Shown here: positions 13,940 through 25,195 of the stretch, one piece after another
Position numbering within the stretch: position 1 is the first letter of the stretch
How the letters are laid out: each line of letters starts with the position of its first letter
From: Eledone cirrhosa
Taxonomy: Eukaryota
Length of the DNA stretch: 63,876 nt
Reading direction: 5' to 3'
NCBI GenBank assembly: GCA_964016885.1
Contig: OZ024744.1
Span: 85,436,125 to 85,500,000 of the forward strand
Notes under the pieces: generated by a model
What the model was told of the DNA's origin: nothing
Database searches by the model: none
The model's input: the letters and a program-made list of their open reading frames with translations, nothing else
Made by a program: the position numbers and the translations under genes

Positions 13940-14151
13940 GGGAAATGTTAGACCCCGACGGCAGAGCTCAAGCCGTTTCGACGGCTATTTCTGGAAATAG
14001 CCGCCTAATAACTGCATCCAGAAATAGCCGTCGAAACGGCTTGAGCTCTGCCGTCGGGGTCTAACATTTTCCTATTACCCACTCTACTACCCTAAGTATT
14101 GAGTACTCTGGTGCGTTATGGTCCATCTGGTTCCTTAGCACAACTCCTTCG

Positions 14152-14152
<1 letters not shown>
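13940..14152 (+). mobile_element. Minimal fold-back copy of the Penelope-like family B terminus between (TA)n
   Basis: Inverted arms 13940-13995 / 14016-14072 followed by an ~80-bp tail ending ctccttcgtt; matches 31665-31802. Confidence 0.85.
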
Positions 14153-14231
<79 letters not shown>

Positions 14232-14235
<4 letters not shown>

Positions 14236-15192
14236 ATAAATTAACGCAGGCATAGGCCCTCGCTATTCCCTGTAAATAATGTGCTCAAAGGAGAAGAGAT
14301 TCTGAGCTCTTTAAAATACAATATCTTGAAAAGGTAACACACCAGAGAGAGATATACAGTGCGTTATCAATAATACATGGGAAAAAACCACCAGTGTATG
14401 GAATCTATAACCTATGAAAGGCAGACTATAGACACGATAATTAAAAATATAAATTAAAGCGTAAATAAATACCTCTATAACTATATAACACACGTACAAA
14501 TCCAAAGATATGTTTCACCAAAAATTTGTTGAAAGAAATGGGTTAGTCTCGGTTCATCAACGTGTGTAAGGCCATACATTTCAGACAACACTAAGAGAAT
14601 TTTAAAATTGACTGTCCAGCTACACGTGGGCGAGAGAAGTCACAGCGTGTTTAAGGGCAGTGAACCAGTGGCCTCTGAGGGACGAATTGCTAGAAAGGGC
14701 AGCCCAAAGCCACTCAGAGAAGTGTGCTCAACAGAGAAGTGTACTCTACCTTTTCAACATATTGTATCTCTGTTTGGTTGAGCACACTTCTCTGAGTGGC
14801 TTTGGGCTGCCCTTTCTAGAAGTTCGTCCCTCAGTGGCCACTGGTTCACTGCCCTTAAACACGCTGTGACTTCGCTCTCCCACGTGTAGCTGGACAGTCA
14901 ATTTTAAAATTCTCTTAGTGTTGTCTGAAATGTATGGCCTTACACACTTTGATGAACCGAGACTAGCCCATTTCTTTCAACAAATTTTTGGTGAAACATA
15001 TCTTTGGATTTGTACGTGTGTTATATAGTTATAGAGGTATTTATTTACGCTTTAATTTATATTCTTAATTATCGTGTCTATAGTCTGCCTTTCATAGGTT
15101 ATAGATTCCATACACTGGTGGTTTTTTCCCTGTATTATTGATAACGCACTGCATATATCTCTCTGGTGTGTTACCTTTTCAACATAGTGTAT
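14232..15192 (-). mobile_element. Large fold-back insert, ~415-bp arms, each with a hammerhead; probable inverted Penelope-like pLTRs
   Basis: 14317-14732 is the near-perfect reverse complement of 14777-15192; (TA)n on both sides; one-sided tail 14232-14316. Confidence 0.8.
14488..14567 (-). ncRNA. Type I hammerhead ribozyme-like motif (mirror copy at 14942-15021, +)
   Basis: ACACACG UUGAUGA ACC...GGU GAAA CA..UG UA CGUGUGU: 7-bp stem I, C3U core variant. Confidence 0.65.
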
Positions 15193-15214
15193 ATATATAT
15201 ATTTATTTTTTTAG

Positions 15215-15551
15215 TATATGTTGGTTGTATACCAACACCTCAGTATGCAGGCTGGAGCACTCGACGAAGTGCACAGTTTGGTTTGGTTACTCCGGAGTAA
15301 TGTAAAATAAATTAAAATAAATAAGTCAAATGTTTAAAATTTGGCTTCGTTTATTACTGCTATATATATTTCGGTGACAGCCATCTTTGGATGTGACTCT
15401 TCAGGCAGTCCGAATTAGTGTGGTAGAGACGAGTACACAAGTTGTTGAGGTGTATAACTTTGTCAATACTCTGATATGCCCAGTTCCCGAAATATATATA
15501 GCAGTAATAAACGAAGCCAAATTTTAAACATTTGACTTATTTATTTTAGTT

Positions 15552-15560
<9 letters not shown>
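15215..15560 (-). mobile_element. Fold-back insert between TA-rich tracts with hammerhead
   Basis: Arms ~15308-15373 / 15488-15553; one-sided tail. Confidence 0.7.
15356..15409 (-). ncRNA. Minimal type I hammerhead ribozyme
   Basis: ACUGC CUGAAGA G..C GAAA UAUAUA UA GCAGU; palindromic stem III; stem II imperfect. Confidence 0.7.
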
Positions 15561-15587
<27 letters not shown>

Positions 15588-15639
15588 AATAGAATGAAAC
15601 GAGATTTCATATCTCACTCTTAGTACGGCACTTACTTAA

Positions 15640-15729
15640 ATGCATATATATATGTGTGCATGTATGTATGTATATATATATACATACTACTGTACGTCTG
15701 TATACATATATGAATGTACGTATACATAC

Positions 15730-15818
<89 letters not shown>

Positions 15819-16435
15819 CAAACATATTAATATAAACATAGTTATATATACACTTATAGAAAAATGTATATACACAATCGCATACATACACATACACATA
15901 CGTACATATTTGTGCATTAGTCTACGAGAACATATAAATGATATATGTGCATATGTAATGTGTGTGTCTGCGTGTACATGTGTATGTGTGTGTGTGTGTG
16001 TGTGTGTACGCGTGTGTGTGTATATATGTGTGTGTATGTGTGTGCGCGTGTGGGTGTGTATGTGTACGCGTGTGTGTGTATATATGTGTGTGTATGTGAT
16101 TTTGCGCGTGTGTGTGTGTATGTGTACGCGTGTGTGTGTATATATGTGTGTGTATGTGTGTGCGCGTGTGTGTGTATATATGTGTGTGTATGTGTGTGCG
16201 CGTGTGTGTGTGTATGTGTACGCGTGTGTGTGTGTATATGTGTGTGTATGTGTGTACGCGTGTGTGTGTATATATGTGTGTGTATGTGTGTGCGCGTGTG
16301 TGTGTGTGTATGTGTACGCGTGTGTGTGTATATATGTGTGTGTATGTGTGTGCGCGTGTGTGTGTGTGTATGTGTACGCGTGTGTGTGTATATATGTATG
16401 TATGTGTGTGTATGTGCGCGCGTGTGTGTGCGCAT
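15640..16435. repeat. (TA)n/(TG)n compound microsatellite with higher-order units containing ACGCGT/GCGCGT
   Basis: Recurrent tgtgtacgcgtgtgtgtgtatatatgtgtgtgta-like units. Confidence 0.9.
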
Positions 16436-16940
16436 GTAGAAAGAAAGAGAGTAAGCGCGAAGAGGAATTGATTATAGGTAAAAGAACGGCCGGGTCTGTG
16501 CGGCGGTCGATCACCGTTTAAAAGCCTCAGTGGCTTTCGTCAAGTTAAGTAATTAAGTCGCGCTGAGTAATTGTGTAACTTTCCTAACTGACGGCCCGTG
16601 CCAAAGATTGATTTGAATCTGAGAATCCGATTCCGCTTCACTCGGAAGCTGCCTATATCTATCGAGAATGTGCGATTAGCTGAATAAATCAAAAAAGCGC
16701 TCCTTTAAACGTGCATACTTTCAAGACATAGGTGTGCGCTCATTCGCTCAAGGTTGGCGATTGGACACGAAATGAGTCGAATAAGTATAATAGATCAATT
16801 GTTCAGTCGAACGTATGTCGTTCGCTTTTGGCGCAGTCTGATTCTCTTTATCTCTTTTAGCAGCAACAGGGCGGACGTTGAATGAATGGAAATCACGTAG
16901 CTAAACATCTTCACATTGTGTGTGTGTGTATATTTATAAT

Positions 16941-17033
<93 letters not shown>

Positions 17034-17193
17034 TTATATATATACTTATATATGTATGTACACACACTCACACATATACATATAAATATATATACACATA
17101 TATGTAATGTATATATATATATAAATATACATATAGTGTGAGTATATATATATATATACATTTAAATATATACTTATATATGTATGCATACCC

Positions 17194-17226
<33 letters not shown>

Positions 17227-17261
17227 TGTGTGTGTTTGTATGTATCTATATGTATATATAT

Positions 17262-18255
17262 CTAGGGCGGGTAAAATTCCCGAGATCCATGGACGAGGTC
17301 TCTCCAGCGGTCTCTGTCCCTCATTATCGCTGCCATCTCCTGCCTCTCCAATAGACCAGTGTCTGTCCTTAGGGCATCAACATACGTTAACCTTGGTCTT
17401 CCCCTTCCAGTGTGTCCATGTAGGGGCTCCCACATGAGCACTGAGTGCAATGTCAACTCTGAATGTCGGTGAGCATGTCCCGCTAACCTCAGTCTCCTGT
17501 GTGTCACTTTTGAGCTGACTTTTGGGAGGCTCATATACAGCTCTGAGTTTTACATCCTCAATGTATACTGATGTTCAGAGCGATCCTCAGCATTCTCGTG
17601 TAGTACCCATCCACCATCCGAGTGAGTTTCTTGGTCAGTGCCGAAGTTTTAGACCCGTACAGCAGCACAGACTCCACTACAGCAATGAAGAGACGGATTT
17701 TCAGGTCTTTACGAAGGTCCGACTTCCACACCGATCTCAAGCTGTGGCACGCCGCCCAGGCTTTACTCTTCCTCTCAACCACATCATCTTCCGTATTCCC
17801 AATCTTTGCTCCCAAATACAGGAAGTTCTCAACCAATTCTAGCGGCTTCCCGCCTACATTAATGATCTCCTCTGGCTTCTCAATATTCTCTACCAGATAT
17901 TTTGTTTTAGTCTCATTCATTCTCAGCCCCACACTCATCGACACAGTCTCAACCTCCCGCATCAAATCATCTGCCTCCTTCACTGTATTTGTCACCAAAA
18001 CTATGTCGTCGGCAAATTCAGCATCTGATACCTTTTCCACCTTAATTCTCCTGCTCTGAGCCGGTGCTACAGTAAAGCCAGAGTCCTGGTGTTTCTCCAG
18101 TGCAAGGCGCATTCAATAGTCCACTACGATGTAAAAAGGTAGGGAGCCAATGTATCTCCCTGGAGCAAGCAAGCCAGTATCTCAAAGAACTCTGTCATCC
18201 CATCAGGTGTAATGACTTGGGATTTGGTGTTGGTGTAGAGCAGTGATATAAGGTC
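17262..18255 (-). mobile_element. 5'-truncated RTE-clade LINE fragment (RT C-terminal half)
   Basis: [46 protein letters not shown] motifs; flanked by (TA)n. Confidence 0.9.
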
Positions 18256-18258
18256 CAC

Positions 18259-18304
<46 letters not shown>

Positions 18305-18638
18305 AGATAATATTAAAGATACTATTTATAGTTATGTATATACTATTCTATAAACAACTATAAACAACAAGCTTAAGTTTGGGAGAAACAATTGTCAGCG
18401 ATTAAATGTTTTAAACATACCTTTGATACTTGTGTAATCTCTCTATATATATATATGTGTGTGTGTGTGTGTATGTGTGTATATCACCTGTAAGCCTGTT
18501 CACACACATGTGCGTATACAGAGATATTTTGGAATATATTAAAATATAATTATTCATTGATGTTTATTTATATGGTTAAATTGATACATACGTAAAGAGA
18601 TACATGAAGAATAGAGAGACAGATAGAACGACAAACAG

Positions 18639-18692
<54 letters not shown>

Positions 18693-18755
18693 TTATATAT
18701 ATATAGTGAGAGAAAGTGGGTGAGAGAGCTAGAGAAAGAGGAAGAAAAAGAGACC

Positions 18756-18786
<31 letters not shown>

Positions 18787-18799
18787 CATTTATCACCTT

Positions 18800-18975
18800 G
18801 ATCACCTTGACCGACCAGTCTGTCTGGCGTCCATTCAGCACCGCTGGTCACAGCACGCCGTCCATTCCTCTCTGGATCGTGCTTTCCTCATCCATGTATT
18901 CCCAATCGTATTCTTAAAATCGTAACTCCACCCTCGTGGAGGCCTTCCGAGTGGTCGTGGAGGCCTTCCAAGTGT
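18800..18975 (-). mobile_element. Short RTE-like 3' fragment with tandem tail
   Basis: GRPPRGWSYDF..W...ARSREEW motif followed by ggtgatcaa repeats. Confidence 0.6.
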
Positions 18976-19060
18976 TGTGTGACACAACACACACACAAAA
19001 ACAAGATGGCGTAGGACAGAACAAAGGAGAGGCACAAAAAAACAAAGAAAAGAATCCCCA

Positions 19061-19103
19061 GTCACTGAAGAGGTCACAGAATGTGTGACGAAAGAACTTT
19101 GAC
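19061..19103 (+). ncRNA. Type I hammerhead ribozyme within the repeat at 19000-19320
   Basis: GUCA CUGAAGA G GUCACA gaaug UGUGAC GAAA GAAC UU UGAC. Confidence 0.7.
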
Positions 19104-19334
19104 AATATATAAACAACCATCTGGTTGTGGAACCAACCAACCAACCGAAAATTTATAAATTCCTAAATTTATAAATTTATTATAATAAATTGAAGTGAAA
19201 GCAACTGGTGCGTGTGTTTCTTATTGGCAACATGACCCTCCCAAAGTATAACAATATCGGTTTCAACACACGTTTTCAGATAAAGAATCTTGCTAAACAA
19301 ATTCAGAAACGAAATACATATATATATATGTATA

Positions 19335-20218
19335 CGAGGTGTGTCAGAAACGTTCCACGACTGATGTCACAAAAGATTTATTTCAGACCCAAACTTCACA
19401 CTAAGAGTTTTTTCCTTCAAAGTAACCCCCCTGTAGTCTAATGTACTTTTCCAACCTTTTCTGCCATGCTTGCATGCACTCCTGGAAGGATTCTTCCGGG
19501 TCCCTCCGCAGTTCCGTCATCACGGCCTTTTTGATGTCGTCCACGTCTTCAAAACGGGTCCCCTCCAGGTCGTACTCGAAGATCCATGACTCATCACCGG
19601 TGATGACTGTCCCTAGCAAGTCTAGTTCGGTTTCAAGACTCTCGAGGATGTCCTGGCACACTTGCATGCGTCGACTCTTCTGGTCATCGTTCAGCAGTTT
19701 TGGCACCATCTTCGCGCAGACTTTCCGTATGTCCAAATCTTCAGTGAGAATCTTCCAGATGCTGTCCCGATTCATGCCCAGCTCATTTGCCATCAGTCGA
19801 ACAGTCAGCCGACGATCGCTACGCACCATCTGCCTGACATGCTCAGGTTGATCTCAGTCCTGGTTGTTGAGGGCATTCCGCTCCTGGGGTCATCTTGCAC
19901 CACTAAAAACACGTGAGCGTGACATCGTCTCATCTTCATACACTTGCTGCTGCAATCCCAGTGCTTCTGACGGAGTTTTCACCAACCGTACCAGAAACTT
20001 CAAGTTTGTTCGTTGCTCTGTGCTCATTGCTTGACGACCTGAAACAGAGGACATGTATATAAAATTATGAAGGAAAAAGTTTGATCGCTGCAGAGAGCTA
20101 AGATTAGAGTTACATACTCCAGGGGGACTACTTTGAAGGAGAAAACTCTCAGTGTGAAGTTTGGGTTTGAAATAAATCTTTTGTGACATCAGTACTGGAA
20201 CGTTTCTGACACACCTCG
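19335..20218 (-). mobile_element. Internally deleted mariner DNA transposon with ~100-bp TIRs and TA TSD
   Basis: TIRs cgaggtgtgtcagaaacgttcca...; transposase motifs EQRTNLKF, DRRLTVR, KVCAKMVPKLL, VITGDESWIFEY, then a deletion to RFEDVDDIK..QGGYFEG. Confidence 0.92.
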
Positions 20219-20557
20219 TATATATATCAAAGGTATTTATTGAGTTAGAAACTCAAAATAGTCTCTTACAATTAAATAGCTCAAAGGAAGAGGTTTTTCT
20301 GAGTCGTGTAATATAATTGAATATAAAAGAGTGATAAACACAGATATAGACATACATGTGTTCAAATCGTAAGGGATTCACTCGGGTGAAAAAATACTAA
20401 CTATTAACAATATGGTTTGCCAGACTCAATTTAAAACAATAAATCAAGAAAAGGAATACAAACCTATATTGGGTAACTGCCGGAACACCCAGACAGCTTA
20501 GGGTAGGCTGTTTCTCAATTTTAGCGGAGGAAATTACCAATTCTTTGCTCTTTAACT

Positions 20558-20960
20558 GTATATATGGGAGGGCCAAACACTCCTTCCAGCGGGTCCTGTC
20601 AGAAGCAACCATCTCCAACTGTTCTGGCTGGATCGTCAAGAGAGACCAGCCAAGCTCATTGATGTTATGCAACCATCTTTCTCAGGGTAAAGCTCTGGGT
20701 CTCCTGCCGGTTAGTTTTTGCCAAATAATCTGCGATTATTTTCTGAGACATTCTAACCACACGCCCATAGTATCGGAGCTGTGGAGAGATTTACTGGCAA
20801 AACCATCCGACAGGAAACCCAGAGCTTGACCCCTGAGAAAGATGGTTTGATAACATCCATGAGCTTGACTAGTCGCGCATGTGGATCTAGCCGGAACAGT
20901 TGGAGATGGTTGCTTCTGACAGGACCCGCTGGAAGGAGTGTTTGGCCCTCCCATATATAT
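20558..20960. mobile_element. Two head-to-head RTE-like 3' ends forming an imperfect fold-back
   Basis: Arms 20558-20730 / 20785-20960; translation WLHNINEL...LEMVASDRTRWKEC is RTE C-terminus-like; TA runs outside both arms. Confidence 0.65.
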
Positions 20961-20967
20961 ACGAGGC

Positions 20968-21266
20968 ACCAGTACATTACTGGTACTTTATTTAACCCCT
21001 CGTAAGGATGAAAGGCAAAGTTAACCTCGGCGAGATTTGAACTCAGATCGTAAAGGGACTTAACTATGCTGGAATCAGAAATAATTGTTTCTACTTTTTG
21101 GCACAAGGCCAGCAATTATCCCAGTATATTACTGGTACTTTATTTTATCGACCCCGTAAGGATGAAAGGCAAAGTTAACCTCGGCGGGAATTGAACTCAG
21201 ATCGTAAAGGGACGTAACTATGCTGGAAAGCATAATCCAACCCTCTACCGATACTGCCAATTCACC
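20968..21266 (-). mobile_element. Two copies (one partial) of the tRNA-derived SINE
   Basis: Same family as 6369-6846. Confidence 0.85.
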
Positions 21267-21509
21267 AATGATATTTGTTTATTGAAAAAAACCAACAAAG
21301 ATTTAATATAATAGGTCTGTTTGGGAACAGGTTTTGAATTGACCAATAGAAAAGTAGTAAGAGGTCAAGTTGATAGAATAGTAGTAGTAGAAATTTAATT
21401 TAGGGGTAGAAGAATGCAGACTTCAGTTTTGAATGGAAAGAATACTTTGCATGAAAAGATTACTTTGGGCATGAAAATAGGTCAAGCCGGTGAAAGGTAC
21501 ACGAAAATT

Positions 21510-21856
21510 TGATGTTATTAAAGAATTATGCTAATGTTAAAATCGAAGGAAAATAAAATTTTAGGGTAAATGTGTTAGTGAGAAATACCAATCTTATATA
21601 AAACACAAGGAATTTAGATCTTTAACAAGAAATTAAATTAATTTAATTGATAGGTATACTTATAGGGATAAATTTATATTAATTCATATAGATGTGATAA
21701 ATAAGAGTTAGATGTTATTAAAGAATGTTGTTAAAAACAAAGAAAAAAAATGTTGGGGATAAATGTATTAGTGAGAAATAACAAACTTATATAGACTACA
21801 AGGAATTTAGATTCATAACAGGAAATTAAAATAGTTTATATGTATACTTATAGGTA
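21510..21856. repeat. Diverged ~200-bp direct duplication
   Basis: gatgttattaaagaat...gtgagaaata...caaggaatttagat...gtatacttatagg occurs at ~21511 and ~21711. Confidence 0.7.
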
Positions 21857-21939
21857 TTAATTTTAGGAAAAGAGAGCTGCAAAAGGGAAATAAAATTATG
21901 AAGTTCTCAGTAGTAAAATACTAATTATAGGTTAACTAA

Positions 21940-22018
21940 ATTAAAAATTAAAAATTAAAATTTAAAAGTTAAAAATTAAAAATTAAAAATTAAAAATTAA
22001 AAATTAAAAATTAAAAAA
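21940..22018. repeat. (TTAAAAA)n heptamer repeat
   Basis: About 11 units read directly. Confidence 0.9.
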
Positions 22019-22029
22019 ATAATTATAAA

Positions 22030-22082
<53 letters not shown>

Positions 22083-22138
22083 AAAAGGGTCAGGACCCCG
22101 ACTACAGAGCTCAAGCCGTTTCGACGGCTATTTCTGGA

Positions 22139-22178
<40 letters not shown>

Positions 22179-22179
22179 A

Positions 22180-23333
22180 AATGTTATAGTATCGTGAGAG
22201 AGAATATAGAGAGAAGAAGAGAAGAAACGTCATAGGAGGAGACGATACAGATAGTTAATTGCCAGGCGGGGTTAAATATTAGAAGCATTAATATTTAGTG
22301 TGCGAAGATAAGCAGTGCAATTATAATCGAAGAAATTGAAGAAAGAGAAGCAGAACGTTAAAATATAATTTATAAGTAGCTCTTACACATGTTACGCCCA
22401 AGTTAGACTCGTCGGAGGCTCAGAGGGAGGTAAAGGGTTTAATAAGGAACCCTGTATGAGTACGAATACGATCTTCACATCGTAATTCATATCGAGTGTT
22501 ACAAAGTTAGCTGCTTAGGTTTGTGCACAAAGGGGAGTAATTCCGGTGTTGATTTTGGAATTCGCTGCTAAAATTCAGTTCCACTATTATAGAATATTTA
22601 TCTACTCCCCTGGGTCTATGTACTATATGCTAATTTGATAATGCTTAGTCACGCCACTTTGCAGAGGCACAATTAAGGTATGAATGTGATCTGCTCGGTA
22701 ATATTTAGTATGAGGTAGTAAATTCGACAAAGGTATAAACGCCGGAAAGTGTAAAGGTGTAAACGTCAGGTCTTGCATAGTCACATGATTATATGCCCAA
22801 GGTGTTTAAATGGCACAATCATCGATCCTGTAGAGATATTCATGGTTTATTCCGTTGGTGTGGGGGAGTATGACGAGGCAATTAAGTTCGGACACATGTA
22901 GTGCAACACCCTTGAGAAATGACGGGGGCTGGATAATAGTATAGTTCCCGGGTGTTTAATTTGTTAGTGCCCCCTTTTAAGACCAGCCAGGGTGCGGTGT
23001 AAAATGCCCTGGTACTTTGGTGCTTGGGAATTATCCGGGGTCCATCTGTAGAACGACTGCTGTAGTCTATGGCCGAAATTGATGACGATTTCGGCTCGGC
23101 TGTTGATAAGATCAGGGGGGCGCTTGTACGATATAGTAAAGCTCCATGAGACAGAGCTGTAACACTCGATATGAATTTCGATGTGAACATCGTAATCGTA
23201 CCCATACAGGGTTCCTAATTAAACCCTTTACCTCCCTCTGAGCCTGCGACGAGCCAAACTTGGGCGTAACATGTGTAAGAGCTCCATATAAATTATATTT
23301 TAACGGTCTGCTTTTCTTTCTTCAATTTCTTCG

Positions 23334-23340
<7 letters not shown>
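22180..23340 (-). mobile_element. 5'-truncated Penelope-like element (family A) capped by an inverted pLTR
   Basis: 22322-22503 is inverted with 23158-23340; 22960-23150 is homologous to the endonuclease end at 24660-24845; degenerate hammerhead (CCGACGA..GTAA CATGTG TA); (TA)n flanks. Confidence 0.75.
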
Positions 23341-23385
<45 letters not shown>

Positions 23386-23478
23386 TCTTATTGGCAACAT
23401 GACCCTCCCTAAGTATAACAATATCGGTTTCAACACACGATTTCAAATAAAGAATCTTGCTAAACAAATTCAGAAACG

Positions 23479-23561
<83 letters not shown>

Positions 23562-23685
23562 ATAGAAAGTAAGAGAGGAGAAGTGATAAACACATATAAC
23601 TAGACTGCTACTTTTTTTATCGACCTCGAAAGAATGAAAGGCAAAGTTGGCCCTCGGCATTTTATCCGATGTCCTAACGACTCTG

Positions 23686-23752
<67 letters not shown>

Positions 23753-24440
23753 ATAATAATTAGTGAAGACTAAAATCCAAAGATAAGGATAAATATATAT
23801 CAAATATATAAGGATAAATATATATTTATATAAGGATAAGGATAAATATATATCAAATATATAAGAAATAAATATATATTTATATATATATATATAATCG
23901 AAAAAGTTGATGAAAGAGAAGCAAGTCGTTAAAACACATTTATAAAAATCTCTTACATATGTTTCGCCGAATGGGGCTCGTCTGAGGCACTTAAATAGGC
24001 AAATAAATTAATAATGAACCTTGCAAGGGTACAAGCAAAATTTTAACATCGAAATGCATTACTCCGTGTTACAAGATGGAGTCAAGATCTTTGTGTACTA
24101 ATGGAAGTAATTACGGTGCATGTTAGAGTTATCTGTTAGATTAATGTCCGCTATTAAAAAATTATATTTCTTGTTATAAGGTGTTAAATTAATTATGGTT
24201 TGTCAAGTCAATTTAATGAGGCACTGTTAAGGTATGAGTATTAGTATCAAATATGACTAAAGTAATTAAAGACTATACACTAGTTTAGTTAGTACATAGC
24301 TGCAATTTCAATGTAGGCTTTAAAGTCTAGAAATGTAAGGACATATAAGATGAATTCAATATAATTATATGATCATATGTCTGCAGTGTTTAAAGGGTAT
24401 AATCTGCAGTTCTGTTATATTACCCAGAGTTTAGTCTATA

Positions 24441-24658
24441 TTACCCAAAGTTTAGACTATCAGTGTGTAAGAATACAAAGGGGTAATCTCGTCTGAAAAT
24501 ATGTAGTCCAGCTCCCTGGAGGGACGACGGGGATTGGATGATGGTATAACAATACCATCATCCAACCCCCGTCGTCCCTCCAGGGAGCTGCACTACATAT
24601 TTTCAGACGAGATTACCCCTTTGTATTCTTACACACTGATAGACTAAACTTTGGGTAA
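24441..24658. repeat. 218-bp near-perfect palindrome inside the family A element
   Basis: ttacccaaagtttag...gatgatggta taacaa taccatcatc...ctaaactttgggtaa. Confidence 0.9.
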
Positions 24659-25195
24659 GTTGTTTAATTTTAAGTCTACAGTTTTAGGTCGAGCCAGGGC
24701 GCAGTGTTGGAATCCCCGCGTGTTATGGTGTTTGAGTATTAGCCGGGGTCCATCTATAGAAGGACTGTTGTAGTCTATGGCCGCAATTGATGACAGTTTC
24801 GGCATGAGGTCCAGTGGTGCTTGCACTATATAGTACAGTTCCATAAGACAGATCTGGCAGCTTTTCTTAAATTTGTAGGGTGTTACCTGGTTCACAATTT
24901 CCCAATAAGTGGTGAAGCAAATGCTAGAGTCGTTTAATTCGGTGATATAGTTAGCGAGGGACGTAGAGTATCTAAGCTTTTTATTCCTAAAAGAGTGGAG
25001 GTGTGCTCGAAATCTGGTCTTGAACGATCCAGAAGTGGCTCCTATGTAATACTTAACGCTATTATGACTAGTAACATTACATCGATAGATAATATTTTTA
25101 GTTAGGCAGTAGCCTTGGAGTGGACAGTTTGTAGGGTCACGACAATTGTAGTGTTTACTACGGTCGCCTCTACGGTGGTGGGTGTTAGTATCCAA
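24644..25195 (-). pseudogene. GIY-YIG endonuclease domain of the Penelope-like element
   Basis: NCRDPTNCPLQGYCLTKNIIY..YYIGAT..FKTRFRAH..SF..TSLANYI..W.I..CQICLME. Confidence 0.85.
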
